Shown: piece after piece, positions 1-12,131 of the stretch
Numbering within the stretch: the stretch's first letter is position 1
How the letters are laid out: every line of letters begins with the position of its first letter
NCBI GenBank assembly: GCA_905182125.1
Contig: CAJJAV010000006.1
Span: forward strand, 94,760-158,759
DNA: 64,000 bases
From: an uncultured Candidatus Poseidoniales archaeon
GTDB lineage: Archaea > Thermoplasmatota > Poseidoniia > Poseidoniales > Poseidoniaceae
Reading direction: 5' to 3'
Translations under genes and position numbers: made by a program
The notes under the pieces: model-generated
Database searches by the model: none
What the model saw: the letters and a program-made list of their open reading frames with translations, nothing else
What the model was told of the DNA's origin: nothing

Positions 1-190
1 CTGTTCAGGTGTTTCAATAGAAAGAGAAAGTGAAGAGGTCGCATTTTGTCCAGCGTCACCATGGCAGGCACCACCACATTGCATGTCGCGAAGACCGTCT
101 CCATTGCCGCCCGGCTCGGCTGCTCCAAAGGTTGTGGAACCAAGAAGGACCAGCAGAAGAAGGAGGACTTTTACTCGGAGCTTGAGCACA

Positions 191-2728
191 TCATTCCCTC
201 CTTTCAAACAAAACCAAACCGAGGGCAGCAGCACCAAGGAAGACCAATAAAAATCCAATCATTGAGCCGCTAAAGGACACCTGGCTGTCCACGGTTTCAA
301 CCACCGGCATCACTTCAGCAACGGTTGAGTCTGATGCACCTGGTTGCAACGATACCCCGTCGACCACTGGGCGTACGGTGTATGTGGTCAGCCCTGAAAT
401 CAAAGGCTCGTCCGAATATTCCTGTGTCGCTACTGTGGCGACAATTGCCCCATTCCGTTCGATGTTAAAGGTGGCGTTTGGTCCATCATAGTCCCACGCC
501 AAATTAACGGTTTGTCCATCAACAGATGCTTCGAGTTCAGTGACGATTGGCCCTTGCACTGGCATCAGTGGTAGGTTGGTGGTTGCTGTGGCACCAAGGT
601 CGTCAGTGACGAGAAGATTAACCGAGGCAGCGCCCGTTGGAATCAAGGTGAACGTGGCCCCCGTCCCAGAACCAGAACCACCGTTAACATCAGACCATGT
701 CCATGTATAGGATGCAACCTGTCCGTCAACATCAGAGGAAGTGCTGGCATCCAGGGTGACAATTTCTCCAATCCAGACAGAGGGTGAGAGCTGTTCAATC
801 GAGGCAGTAGGGGGGAGGTTGGCAACCGAAACTTGGCCATAAGCCGCCGTTCCGGATTCCGTGCCATCATGGACGGTAACCTCGACCGACCATTGCTGGC
901 CCGGGCCGAGCAGGTTTGCTGGAACGGTCGTTTGATTCGAAAGAGAGGATTCAAGGAAGCCATTTCTGTACCACTGAATCGATGTTGTTTGGAGGTCACC
1001 GTCTACATCTGCAGTGGTGGTGGTGATGACGAGTGGATTGAGGATCGAAGGTGATTCGCTCAGCAGCAGTTCAACCGAAGGGGCGCTGTTGATGATGGAA
1101 AGTTCTGCCTCAAGCATGGTCTCACTCAGGGAAGTTCCGTCACCAGCCCTCACGTGTACAGTCCAAACCTCGCCTTTTGAGGTGTGCTGTGCGAAGAGCG
1201 TCGTGCTGTCATCAAGAGCGTTTATTTGCACGCCATCTTTGAGCCAAATGATTTGAGAATTTGCCCGAAGGTCGCCATCAACATCGCTTTGAGAAAACTG
1301 AACCGTTGCATCTTCAAGGGTCGTTATGTTGGTCTGACTCAGTTGGAGCGAAGTGGTCACTGGGGGCGTGTTTCCAATAATCACGGTGTTCGAGGGGGTC
1401 CATGTTGACCAGGCTGCGCCATCGTTTACTCGGACCTTAGCGAACCAAGATTGCCCTTTTGCAGTGGAACTTGCTGGCACACTCGAACCTTTGAACACTG
1501 GATCGATTGCGCCGTTTCGGTACCATTCCATCTCGCTGCGAGTTTCGGCATCGCCGTCGGCATCTGTGAAGCCATAAGTGAACACTAAATTATCTCCAGT
1601 AACTGGATTTGACGGGCCTACAATGGCTGATGAAACCGATGGGGGGGTGTTTGGCGTTTCACCACCAATTTGGACGGTTTGAGAGGTCTGCCATGCTGTT
1701 GTGGCTTCACCATCGCTGGCGCGAACTTCCATTGACCAGTTCTCGCCAGCTCTTGTCGCATAGGAGGGAACCTGCTGGCTGTTATCTAAATCAGGAACTA
1801 CAGACCCTTCGAGCAACCAACGGATTTCGAAAGTGATTTCGTCTTGATCGTGATCGATGACAGACAGAGCCAAGTAGTTATTAGAAAGATTATCTGCACT
1901 TTCTGGTGACGATGGGGTGATGGAAGGAGAATTCATCGTTGGTACGGAATTCGCAATGACCAGCAGATTGCTCGTCACGCTTGTACCTGCATCTGCTCCA
2001 TCGGAAGGGGTCACGACGGCGTACCACTCTTGGCCCTTGCTGGTGATCGATGGTGGAACCGTCGAACCAGAGTTGGTGGTGTAGGCTCCGTCCCTAAACC
2101 ATTCAATGGTTGTACCAGATTCTGCATCATTCTCTTGGTCGGTGTACGTGTAAATGAGTGAAAGTGTTGAGGTGGTCGTTGCCCCAGAAGGACCCAAAAT
2201 AACGTTGCTGGCTGTCGGGGGCGTGTTAGGGGCGCCACCCGCTTCGGGAACTTGATAGACAGCGGTTGCCCAGCGATCGCCGCCGTTTTGCGAGTTCCCA
2301 TTGGCAGTCAAGCCTGCCACGCTGAGCGTCGCTTGGCCCGATCCTGTGGAGGGAGCCGTCCAATCAAGGCTCCAAGAGCGCTGGCTGCTTCCTGTGATTG
2401 ATTGTGTACCGCTTGTTCCTGCGCTGTCGACATTGACTGCAAACCCGATTCCTGAAGAAAGACTGCCTTTGTTGACATCGAGGCTAAACCCGCCATCGTT
2501 CCCTGAAACGCCGCCTGTTACAGCAATGGAAAGCGTGTAAGTTTGACCGGCGGTGTAACTGCTTGGATGGCCGCTTATTGCCACGTTCGCTGCGGTCGTG
2601 CCACTTGTTGCATGGCAAGAACAACCTGCACTTTGGTTGTACTTTCCAGCCGAGTTCCCTTCGGTGAGAGGGATTGCTGAAAGCAGCAGCAAAGTCACCA
2701 ACAAAATCGATGCTGGTTTGTTGAACAT
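191..2728 (-). CDS. Large secreted, C-terminally anchored surface protein (five ~95-aa Ig-like tandem modules, PKD-like and FN3-like domains)
   Basis: The ORF track gives 870 aa (191..2803). I place the start at ATG 2728 because MFNKPASILLVTLLLLSAIPLTEG looks like a signal peptide. A GTG at 2803 overlaps the ligA stop (GTGA) and remains an alternative. Five tandem modules share W[YF][RK][DN]G...KG[QE]xW...DG. They are followed by a PKD-like segment (LDASTSSDVDGQVASYTWTW) and an FN3-like segment. The C-terminus is a hydrophobic helix followed by RRE. Confidence 0.8.
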   Translation of the reverse strand: MFNKPASILLVTLLLLSAIPLTEGNSAGKYNQSAGCSCHATSGTTAANVAISGHPSSYTAGQTYTLSIAVTGGVSGNDGGFSLDVNKGSLSSGIGFAVNVDSAGTSGTQSITGSSQRSWSLDWTAPSTGSGQATLSVAGLTANGNSQNGGDRWATAVYQVPEAGGAPNTPPTASNVILGPSGATTTSTLSLIYTYTDQENDAESGTTIEWFRDGAYTTNSGSTVPPSITSKGQEWYAVVTPSDGADAGTSVTSNLLVIANSVPTMNSPSITPSSPESADNLSNNYLALSVIDHDQDEITFEIRWLLEGSVVPDLDNSQQVPSYATRAGENWSMEVRASDGEATTAWQTSQTVQIGGETPNTPPSVSSAIVGPSNPVTGDNLVFTYGFTDADGDAETRSEMEWYRNGAIDPVFKGSSVPASSTAKGQSWFAKVRVNDGAAWSTWTPSNTVIIGNTPPVTTSLQLSQTNITTLEDATVQFSQSDVDGDLRANSQIIWLKDGVQINALDDSTTLFAQHTSKGEVWTVHVRAGDGTSLSETMLEAELSIINSAPSVELLLSESPSILNPLVITTTTADVDGDLQTTSIQWYRNGFLESSLSNQTTVPANLLGPGQQWSVEVTVHDGTESGTAAYGQVSVANLPPTASIEQLSPSVWIGEIVTLDASTSSDVDGQVASYTWTWSDVNGGSGSGTGATFTLIPTGAASVNLLVTDDLGATATTNLPLMPVQGPIVTELEASVDGQTVNLAWDYDGPNATFNIERNGAIVATVATQEYSDEPLISGLTTYTVRPVVDGVSLQPGASDSTVAEVMPVVETVDSQVSFSGSMIGFLLVFLGAAALGLVLFERRE

Positions 2729-2799
2729 GCCTTTTGGCTGTCCGTGCTCTATGAGAGGGTTTCGCCTCGATGGAAGGAGAAACTGCGTTTGCGGGTCAA

Positions 2800-5001
<2,202 letters not shown>

Positions 5002-5046
5002 TCAAACAGATGGTCCAGACCTATTGAAGCATCGCCTAAGGCCGCT

Positions 5047-5517
5047 TCAATCAAATTTGAGAGCAACGAATTCGCTGTCTGCCATTGGGCAGCGGGTCAT
5101 GATGGCTTTCGAAAGAATGCGCAAATGAATCTCTGCTACAACTTCGACTGTGGCTTCGAACATGTGCCCGGCATGGACGACGTTGTCGTTGTCAGCGAAT
5201 GTGGCGTGAATGTGGGTGAATGGGCTTCCATCTTCCATGAGGGCAAGGTTGCCTTGGAGGCTCACCAATTCGCAAGGCCCTTCCTGGGTCCAGCGGCGGT
5301 AAATGTGCTTGTCATCCATGAAACCATGAACGTTCATTCGGGTTCGACCAATGCCGCTTGTAATCGCTGCAGCCTTGATGTCCAACTCTTCTGCAAGCGC
5401 TCGAATTGAGGCGTGAATTTCTTCACCCGGTTCAAGCACCAAAAATAAATCATCATTGCTTCGTGTCCATTCCATGAGTCGATGACAGCGAACTCGATTA
5501 TTGAGCATAACGCTCAT
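5047..5517 (-). CDS. PPC/DUF296-like (PD1-like) domain protein
   Basis: 156-aa ORF whose start overlaps the upstream gene's stop by 4 bp. The segment FTHIHATFADNDNVVHAGHMFEATVEVVAEIHL resembles the PPC-domain signature. Confidence 0.6.
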   Translation of the reverse strand: MSVMLNNRVRCHRLMEWTRSNDDLFLVLEPGEEIHASIRALAEELDIKAAAITSGIGRTRMNVHGFMDDKHIYRRWTQEGPCELVSLQGNLALMEDGSPFTHIHATFADNDNVVHAGHMFEATVEVVAEIHLRILSKAIMTRCPMADSEFVALKFD

Positions 5518-6080
5518 TCATCTTGCTTTTTGGATTCAAATTGTGGCCATTGATCGGTATGGTCGATAGCGATAGCGATGCGCTCACGTGCGATGGTCAA
5601 ATCGTTTTGGACGCCGCCAAGGGGCAATGGACCAAAGATACCCCAGCCCTTTCTGAGCAGCATAATTCTGCGAGCCGGTTGACGGCCTGCAAGGCGTAGC
5701 CGTTGCCAGTCGTACCGCTGTCCGTCGGCAAAGGCATGGGTTCGAGTCACGGCGTATCGCTTTGGAATCAAAAGAGAAATCAAATGCAAAGTCAGGCATA
5801 TGTCCCACGCTATGGCATAGGCGGGGCTTGTGTTGGAAGCACCAACGAGACCCCAAGGCAAGACCATCATCGCTGCCATTGAACCGAGGTTACCCCACTG
5901 CCGAATCAGTTCCTGAGCTCCTTGACTCTCCCATGCAAACCCGCCATTGGATAATTCACCCAGTGTCGGAACATCGATGCGTTGACGAGTGAGCCAATAA
6001 GCGTCCCAAACAACAATGCCGAAAAGCACAGCTACTGCTAATGCCGCAAAGGTGTTCGGATCTGGCAATGATGGTTCCAT
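5514..6080 (-). CDS. Hypothetical membrane protein
   Basis: 188-aa ORF. A GAGGTGG Shine-Dalgarno-like sequence lies 4 nt upstream of ATG 6080. It has several hydrophobic helices, and I recognise no family. Confidence 0.6.
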   Translation of the reverse strand: MEPSLPDPNTFAALAVAVLFGIVVWDAYWLTRQRIDVPTLGELSNGGFAWESQGAQELIRQWGNLGSMAAMMVLPWGLVGASNTSPAYAIAWDICLTLHLISLLIPKRYAVTRTHAFADGQRYDWQRLRLAGRQPARRIMLLRKGWGIFGPLPLGGVQNDLTIARERIAIAIDHTDQWPQFESKKQDE

Positions 6081-6089
6081 GATTCCACC

Positions 6090-9000
6090 TCAAAGGTGCC
6101 GGATATCGAGCTCGCCGATGTCGTCGCCGCCACCGTTGCGCATGCGAAGAACAAACAGCAAAATTGCGGCCCCAATCAAGGTCATGAGAAGCAGTGTTCC
6201 CGTGGAAAAGTCACCGGACTCTTTTGTAATCGTACCTTCCATGACATCAGGGACGCCGTCGTTGTCGTCATCTTGGTCTGCGAACAACCATGTCGTCATA
6301 CCTGCAGGGCAATCCACAGAGTCGGGTTGCCCATCCTGGTCTGTGTCAATCCAAGCACAAGGGTCTGTTGGGTAGTCATCTCGAGCATCTGGGTAACCAT
6401 CGTTGTCGTCGTCTGTGTCTTGTTGATCTGGACCGCAAGGGTGGCCGAGTTCTGCATTAAACCAAACCTCGGTTGCTTGGGTGTAGATGCAATCGTTGTT
6501 CCAGTCACCATCCGTATCGAGTTGTGTGATTTCAAAATCAACGGTATCGCTTGAGGAAGCACCGAGTGCATCGGTGACCACTGCTTCGAGCACATAGAAC
6601 CCATAAGGCAGACCTGTGATGTTAAATTGGGATTCGTTTGGACCCTGTGTGACTTCATCACCTGCAGCGTCAGTGATGATCCATTGAACCACCAAATCCT
6701 CGATTGAATCAAGGTCGTCGCTGTAGGTCACCTCGGCCGCCAACGGTGTGGTTTCCATCACTCGTTGGCCAGAATATGGTTTCAAAATCTCAACAAGTGG
6801 TGCGCCGTTCAAAGCCATTGCCACCACAATTGTCGTGTTCATATCTTCGCTGACATTCACTGTTCGTGATTGAATTGGCAACCCGGTTGTAGAAGCTATA
6901 ACCGTGATCGACTGCAACGATGTCAAAGCACCTTCTTCAACCACCATCATTGGAAGTTCAAGCAGGACAGATGAACCTCTGGCTTCCACCGAATATGAGG
7001 GTGTATGCCCGATTGTATCGATAGCAAAATCAACAACAATTGAGGCTCCGTTGACCTGTGCATCGATGTTAAATGTCTTCCACATCTTCAGCACAGCTTC
7101 GTTGTAAACTGAGGTTTGGTCGGCTGTCACATCAACCAAGTCAATCGTGATTGAGCCTGATGCAGCGACCTCGCCAACAAGTTGACCCCCCTCAATACGA
7201 GCAGGATACATTTCAGCCGAGAGGACAGAGGAAGCAAGAAGATCTGGAGAGCGAAGGATCAATGGAGCAACCCCCCCATCGTTTTCGTCTGCGTGTAAAT
7301 CGACCGCAACGGCGTAATTTGCTGCACTGAGGCCCTCGACGATGAGCGAATCCATTGAGCGCCCATGGTGGCTAGAAAAGGCTGTACCGGTTCCTAATCC
7401 ATTCAGGATCATTCCGTTTATTTCACCAGCTGTGTTGTCGAAATCAACTGCTGGAGCGCCGGTTATTTGGATGATTTCAAGATCGAGGAACCGATTGTTA
7501 GCGCCTGCAAGACCGCCCATAGCCCCAACTGTACCGTTGAGGTTTGACAAGGTGAAGTCGCCATCAATGGATTCTATCCAGCCGATGTATCCACTACCAT
7601 CGAAGTTCGTCGCATCGATGTTGGCCACGCTTCCTTTGACAGCAGTCAGTTCAAATCCGTGAGTAAATCCGTTGTTGAGGGTGAGACCATCGACATGAAT
7701 GTTGGCCTGTCTGGCCCAGAGGCCAACGCCATTGCATGTAGCCATGATGAGGTCGGTCAGATGGAGGAGCCCTTCTGTTGCAAACGATTTGATGCAGCCG
7801 CTTCCGGCGTCGTAGAGGCTGCTATCGCGGAATTCAACGCTTGCGTTGCTGGAGGCGGCGATCATAATCAGGGGATCCGCTCCCGAAGAGCGGGCAAAGT
7901 CTGAGCCATCTGCACTGAACCTACCGAGGCTCGATACCGTAAGCGCTGGTGATGCTTCAAAGATGGAGGTCGCTGACAAATCGATGGAAGAAGAAGTGAG
8001 TTCGCCCAAGTGCATCCCTCCCCATCTCGCACCCTGGCCGGTTGAAGAAAGGGTGGCATCGCCGACGTTCATTGTTCCATCAACGGTGATGGTATGACCT
8101 TCGGAAATACGTACTGAAACCCCATCATCGATGGTAAGCGTACCTGTTTGGGCCACCATCAGGTCTTCATCCAAGAAATATGGGCTCCATTGTGATTCCA
8201 GAACAAGCCATTGCTCAAGCGTTCCACCATCGATCCTCGAAGCCATGAATGTGTGGTCAAAAGAACTGGAAGAATCCCATGTTACAAAATCTGTAAAGGA
8301 ACCGATTTGAAGGTTGATGTTTTTGATACCACCAACCATTTCACTGCTATCGGTGACTTTACGAGCGATCGCAGTGGTGCTCAAACGACCATCAGTACCA
8401 GTGGATGCAACGGCGCCATCCACTGAAATCAACGCACCTTCAACAGGCGTGCCTTGATCGAGAACTCGGATGGCCAGTTTCGAAAGCACGTTCAATTCAG
8501 CACCGGTAAGAGCCGATACTGCTCCGGAAACAGTTCCCGCAATCAGATCCAGTTTGCATCCGGGCTGCAGCATCAAATGGCCTTGAATATGAACATACTC
8601 CGAGGTGCGTAGCGTCTGGCATGCCCATGAAACGTTTCCGATCACGATCAACCCGTCCTCGGCATTTGAAGAAGAAAGGGTGCTGTCCAAACCCATTGTG
8701 AAGGTTTGTGCAGAAATGATGGAGGCGTCCCCGAACAGTTGGGCCGTGCCCTCCACGCTTACGCTTCCAGTTGAAGGCAGCAAAAGCGTGGTGTGATCCA
8801 ATTGCAAACCACTTCCAGTTTCAAGGGTGAGATCTCCGCTGAGAACGTGAGGCGATCCGTCTGGTCGTGCTCCGAGGTAGACAATTTGTCCACTTGTGAT
8901 GGTCCAATCGCCTTGTGGAACCACGGCAACCTGGACCGATTGACCCATCGTTGCCCCGTACAAGACCACGCGGATGCCTGCGCCTCCAAGGCTCACGTCA

Positions 9001-10787
9001 ACGGTACTGCCTTGAGCGAGTAAGGGGAGCGTTGCCGCTCCGTTGCTGTTACTCATCAGCGTGAAGCCGTGCACTAAGATGGTGGCTTCCACAGGGGAGC
9101 CTGCGAGGTCGGTGAAGGTCACAGGTGTTTCTTCGAAGAAGTCAGAAGAAGAGGTTGCAATCGATGCGGTGGTCGAACCGCCGTACAAAAGCGACCCATC
9201 GCCCAAAGCATCAGATGACGAGGCTTGGGTGTTTTGAGGCTGGAAGTTACGAACCGTGGCTGTGCAATCAGTATCGAGGTTCAACGGTGTTGCGTGCAGG
9301 TCTGCAAGCCAATCTGTCACATGGAGCGTTGAAGCGCCTTCCATGTGGACGCCCGTAGTAAACACCCGTGTCGAGAGTGAGTCGACGGTGACATCGGAGT
9401 CGTGAAGGGCAATACCGGTCATCTTTCCGTCGGCAACCGTGATCGTGTTGCCCGTAATCGTCGCATCGCTGGCATCAATTCCAGTGGCAAAATGGGTGAT
9501 TGACAGCGCTTGGACAGCGATGGTGCTGTACCATGCCTTCACGCCAATGGAGGTGGCGTCCTGAGAAGAATAGGGTTTCGAGAGTTCAACATTCTTCCAC
9601 TCATGAATGCCATCGAGCACGTCCAAACCGATTGAGTTGGCAGAAACCAATGAAATTGATGCCCCATCGATGTCACTGTCTGGGCCTCGGAGACTGATTG
9701 CCGCATCTGAACCGCTCAGATTGAGTTGGGTGGCGATAACAGCCCCGGTCCCAGAAGCATCGAGGTTGCGCTCTGTCGCTACTGCTGTGACGTTGCTCAG
9801 CGTGTGCGTTCCCCCGCCAGAAAGGGCGAGGCCCCATACGACGTTGGTCAGCGTTGTTTGTGACCAGCTGCAGGCACCGCTGCATCGCTGATCGATGGTG
9901 GCTCTTGTTTCGTTGAGGTTGCCGGCAAAGGTGATGTCGTGTCCTGAAACCATGGTCGCTCCGCTGGCGAGCATCAATCGATGGCCTTCTATGACCATGT
10001 TGCTCAATGTGAGGTCGTCGCTGTTGCCGGCGTCAACGGTGAGCGCAACGCTCGTTCCCGTGAGGCTTGAGACAGACATCGAGGCTCCTGCCTGGCTGGC
10101 GATGCCAACAGTCACTGTATCGAACCCGATGCGGGTTGCGTCAAATTGACCGGCTGTCGCCCTGAGAGCAGAGCCTGCCTGAATGAATGAAGCGTCTGAA
10201 ATGGTTGCGGTTCCTGACGAAATGACGCCCCCGGCTACCCTGGTGATGGTGGCTTCTTCAACAGTGAAATCGCCCGAGTTACGTACAGCGTCGTAATCAA
10301 TGTCGTTTGCTGTCAGATTTGCAACTGTGGCGGTACCTGCGTTGTTGATGCCTATGTAGGCGTCATTAATTGTCAGGTCTGATCCAGTAAGCTGTCCGTC
10401 GTTGCGAACGGCTGTTTTGGCGTTATTGATGATGACATTCGTGAGCACAGCATGCCCGGTTGCTGACACATGGAGCCCAACCCAGAGGCCCGCTCCGTGG
10501 GAACCTTGGGTAAGAGGGGTGTGTGAAGAAGAGAAGGTTGCATCATTAGCTATGAGGGTCCCTTTGACCAAGATCCAATGATCATCGCCACCATCGATTG
10601 TTGTACCTGGTTTGATGTTAAGCGTTGTTCCGTTTGCCACCGTCACGTTTCCTGTGAGCAGAACAGCGCCTGACCAGGTGGTTTCGCCCTTGATGGTCGT
10701 ATCCGTTGCGAGAGCATGTGGAAACACCGCACTGAGGGATGCCAACAAAAGCAGAGTGACCAGCGTGGAGGCCTGAAGGGTTCGCAT
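6090..10787 (-). CDS. Giant secreted surface protein (parallel beta-helix-like repeats, C-terminal DxDxDG Ca-binding repeats, TM anchor)
   Basis: The ORF track gives 1575 aa from a TTG at 10817. ATG 10787 gives MRTLQASTLVTLLLLASLSAVFPHALA, which is signal-peptide-like. The body has long runs of short G/N/T/S-rich repeats typical of right-handed beta-helix (pectate-lyase/NosD-like) proteins. The C-terminus has DTDGDWNND, DTDDDNDGYPD, DTDQDGQPD and DQDDDNDGVPD, then a hydrophobic helix (LLLMTLIGAAILLFVL). Confidence 0.85.
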   Translation of the reverse strand: MRTLQASTLVTLLLLASLSAVFPHALATDTTIKGETTWSGAVLLTGNVTVANGTTLNIKPGTTIDGGDDHWILVKGTLIANDATFSSSHTPLTQGSHGAGLWVGLHVSATGHAVLTNVIINNAKTAVRNDGQLTGSDLTINDAYIGINNAGTATVANLTANDIDYDAVRNSGDFTVEEATITRVAGGVISSGTATISDASFIQAGSALRATAGQFDATRIGFDTVTVGIASQAGASMSVSSLTGTSVALTVDAGNSDDLTLSNMVIEGHRLMLASGATMVSGHDITFAGNLNETRATIDQRCSGACSWSQTTLTNVVWGLALSGGGTHTLSNVTAVATERNLDASGTGAVIATQLNLSGSDAAISLRGPDSDIDGASISLVSANSIGLDVLDGIHEWKNVELSKPYSSQDATSIGVKAWYSTIAVQALSITHFATGIDASDATITGNTITVADGKMTGIALHDSDVTVDSLSTRVFTTGVHMEGASTLHVTDWLADLHATPLNLDTDCTATVRNFQPQNTQASSSDALGDGSLLYGGSTTASIATSSSDFFEETPVTFTDLAGSPVEATILVHGFTLMSNSNGAATLPLLAQGSTVDVSLGGAGIRVVLYGATMGQSVQVAVVPQGDWTITSGQIVYLGARPDGSPHVLSGDLTLETGSGLQLDHTTLLLPSTGSVSVEGTAQLFGDASIISAQTFTMGLDSTLSSSNAEDGLIVIGNVSWACQTLRTSEYVHIQGHLMLQPGCKLDLIAGTVSGAVSALTGAELNVLSKLAIRVLDQGTPVEGALISVDGAVASTGTDGRLSTTAIARKVTDSSEMVGGIKNINLQIGSFTDFVTWDSSSSFDHTFMASRIDGGTLEQWLVLESQWSPYFLDEDLMVAQTGTLTIDDGVSVRISEGHTITVDGTMNVGDATLSSTGQGARWGGMHLGELTSSSIDLSATSIFEASPALTVSSLGRFSADGSDFARSSGADPLIMIAASSNASVEFRDSSLYDAGSGCIKSFATEGLLHLTDLIMATCNGVGLWARQANIHVDGLTLNNGFTHGFELTAVKGSVANIDATNFDGSGYIGWIESIDGDFTLSNLNGTVGAMGGLAGANNRFLDLEIIQITGAPAVDFDNTAGEINGMILNGLGTGTAFSSHHGRSMDSLIVEGLSAANYAVAVDLHADENDGGVAPLILRSPDLLASSVLSAEMYPARIEGGQLVGEVAASGSITIDLVDVTADQTSVYNEAVLKMWKTFNIDAQVNGASIVVDFAIDTIGHTPSYSVEARGSSVLLELPMMVVEEGALTSLQSITVIASTTGLPIQSRTVNVSEDMNTTIVVAMALNGAPLVEILKPYSGQRVMETTPLAAEVTYSDDLDSIEDLVVQWIITDAAGDEVTQGPNESQFNITGLPYGFYVLEAVVTDALGASSSDTVDFEITQLDTDGDWNNDCIYTQATEVWFNAELGHPCGPDQQDTDDDNDGYPDARDDYPTDPCAWIDTDQDGQPDSVDCPAGMTTWLFADQDDDNDGVPDVMEGTITKESGDFSTGTLLLMTLIGAAILLFVLRMRNGGGDDIGELDIRHL

Positions 10788-10886
10788 GGTCGATTGTTCT
10801 CGCGCCAGCCATATCAAACCAAAGGGTTCCCGTTAATCGATGAGGACCACTTAGCGTCGATTGAAATCAACGGAGAAAAGATCAGG

Positions 10887-10961
10887 TGGGCCCGCCCAGA
10901 TTTGAACTGGGGTCTGACGGCCCCCAGCCGCCAAGTATAGGCCAAGCTAACCCACGGGCCC
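10887..10961 (-). tRNA. tRNA-Pro (anticodon GGG)
   Basis: The reverse complement is GGGCCCGTGGGTTAGCTTGGCCTATACTTGGCGGCTGGGGGCCGTCAGACCCCAGTTCAAATCTGGGCGGGCCCA. It has a 7-bp acceptor stem, an anticodon stem GGCGG/CCGTC with loop CTGGGGG, and a T arm CCCAG-TTCAAAT-CTGGG. No CCA is encoded. Confidence 0.9.
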
Positions 10962-10986
10962 CCGTGTTTTGATCTTCGATTGAGAC

Positions 10987-11190
10987 TCACTGAGTTGAAG
11001 CGCTGAAAGGAGCTGCCTCGTAGATGAGGTCAATGTGACCCACATACATACGGCGGCAGCAATAACGCATCAAGCCAACCTTGTCAAGTGCTTCAGCTTC
11101 CTCGAGACCTGCGGCCTTGAGTTCGTTGAATTCTTCCCATTTATGGGCAATAACGCCACCGCAACTAAAACATCGTACTGGAATAATCAT
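10987..11190 (-). CDS. rpoN: DNA-directed RNA polymerase subunit N (Rpo10)
   Basis: 67 aa reading [21 protein letters not shown]...YCCRRM. The CxxC...CC zinc motif and the size are typical of Rpo10/RpoN. It lies downstream of uS9, as in archaeal operons. Confidence 0.95.
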   Translation of the reverse strand: MIIPVRCFSCGGVIAHKWEEFNELKAAGLEEAEALDKVGLMRYCCRRMYVGHIDLIYEAAPFSASTQ

Positions 11191-11199
11191 TTCATCACC

Positions 11200-11640
11200 T
11201 CATCGATAGGACTTTTGCTTCTTGCGTCGAGCACCGCGACCAAGTTGGTGCTTCGCTTCCTTGCGCCGTGGATCGTTCACCAAGAGGCTGCGATCGAAGC
11301 GAAGGTATTCGTCTCGGAGTTCTTCATCAATTCCTTCCTTGCCGCCGTTGTAGTGGACGAGTCCACGTGCAATTGCGGTTCGGATGGCGTCTGTTTGACC
11401 CATGATTCCGCCACCAAGCGTTGTGATGCTGATATCGACCTTGCTGAGTCGCTTCATTGCATCAGCAATGATGAGTGGTTCCATAGCCTTACGTCGTGCG
11501 AGGGAAGGTGAAAGAATTTCGATCGGTGCACTGTTGACACGAACTCGTCCTTTACCTGCCTTCAATGATGCACGTGCAACGGCAGTCTTACGCTTTCCAG
11601 AAGATTGAACTGACTTTTGTTGTTTCTTACGAGCCATCAT
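11200..11640 (-). CDS. rps9: 30S ribosomal protein S9 (uS9)
   Basis: 146 aa. It contains GKRKTAVARASLKAGKGRVRVN and a basic C-terminus ending RRKKQKSYR. Its start overlaps the uL13 stop (ATGA). Confidence 0.95.
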   Translation of the reverse strand: MMARKKQQKSVQSSGKRKTAVARASLKAGKGRVRVNSAPIEILSPSLARRKAMEPLIIADAMKRLSKVDISITTLGGGIMGQTDAIRTAIARGLVHYNGGKEGIDEELRDEYLRFDRSLLVNDPRRKEAKHQLGRGARRKKQKSYR

Positions 11641-12131
11641 TGCTCACCTCCGTCCCAGCGGTGGGTTGGTGCGCCGAGATCGGCGCTAATGTCACCCAAG
11701 CGAATGAATCGCTCAGGCATTGCCTTACGAATCTTGGTGAGGTCACCGTGTTGGTGGCCATCAGGAAGGTCTCCAGCGAGGTGGGCTGGGCAACCAATCT
11801 CAACGCGTAGGTTGCGGAGGGCACGGCGACCACTGGATATCTTCTGGTATGGAAGCATACCACGGACTGCACGCTTGAGGATCATATCAGGCATACGTGG
11901 GAAGAAAGGTCCCTTTCGAGCGTGGTTCAATTCATACTTTTTGTGGTATGTGTTCAAGACAGAGCGAGGTCGTCCGGAAACGATTGCTTTCTCTGCATTG
12001 ATGATGATGACTTTGTCGTCACGATGGGCCCGGGCTGCCTTCAGAAGAAGGTCCGCAGAGGCAGAGGCGAGACGGCCGAGAATCAGGCCATCAGCGTCAA
12101 AGACGTAGGTTGTTTCATCCAAGGATAACAA
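11637..12131 (-). CDS. rpl13: 50S ribosomal protein L13 (uL13)
   Basis: 164 aa. It contains VFDADGLILGRLASASADLLLK...IIINAEKAIVSG. The start is a TTG at 12131, with an in-frame TTG alternative at 12122, so the exact start is uncertain. Confidence 0.9.
   Translation of the reverse strand: MLSLDETTYVFDADGLILGRLASASADLLLKAARAHRDDKVIIINAEKAIVSGRPRSVLNTYHKKYELNHARKGPFFPRMPDMILKRAVRGMLPYQKISSGRRALRNLRVEIGCPAHLAGDLPDGHQHGDLTKIRKAMPERFIRLGDISADLGAPTHRWDGGEQ

Noticed and set aside
46-273. A 75-aa plus-strand ORF at the window edge, and a possible minus-strand ORF running off the left end (ATG at 104).
   Set aside because: The plus ORF overlaps the 3' end of the 845-aa gene, and both candidates lack motifs. 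The left-edge region is too short to judge.
2612-2623. A C-S-C-H motif near the N-terminus of the 845-aa surface protein, as a possible c-type heme site.
   Set aside because: Heme c attachment needs CxxCH (or CxxxCH/CxxxxCH). CxCH does not fit, and the window contains no cytochrome maturation genes.
10887-10961. The three tRNA genes (Pro, Cys, Leu), considered as integration sites of mobile elements.
   Set aside because: No integrase or recombinase gene was found, and I saw no duplicated tRNA 3'-end fragment nearby. The low-GC cassette at 32-36 kb is not adjacent to any tRNA. A computational search for att-like repeats would still be worthwhile.
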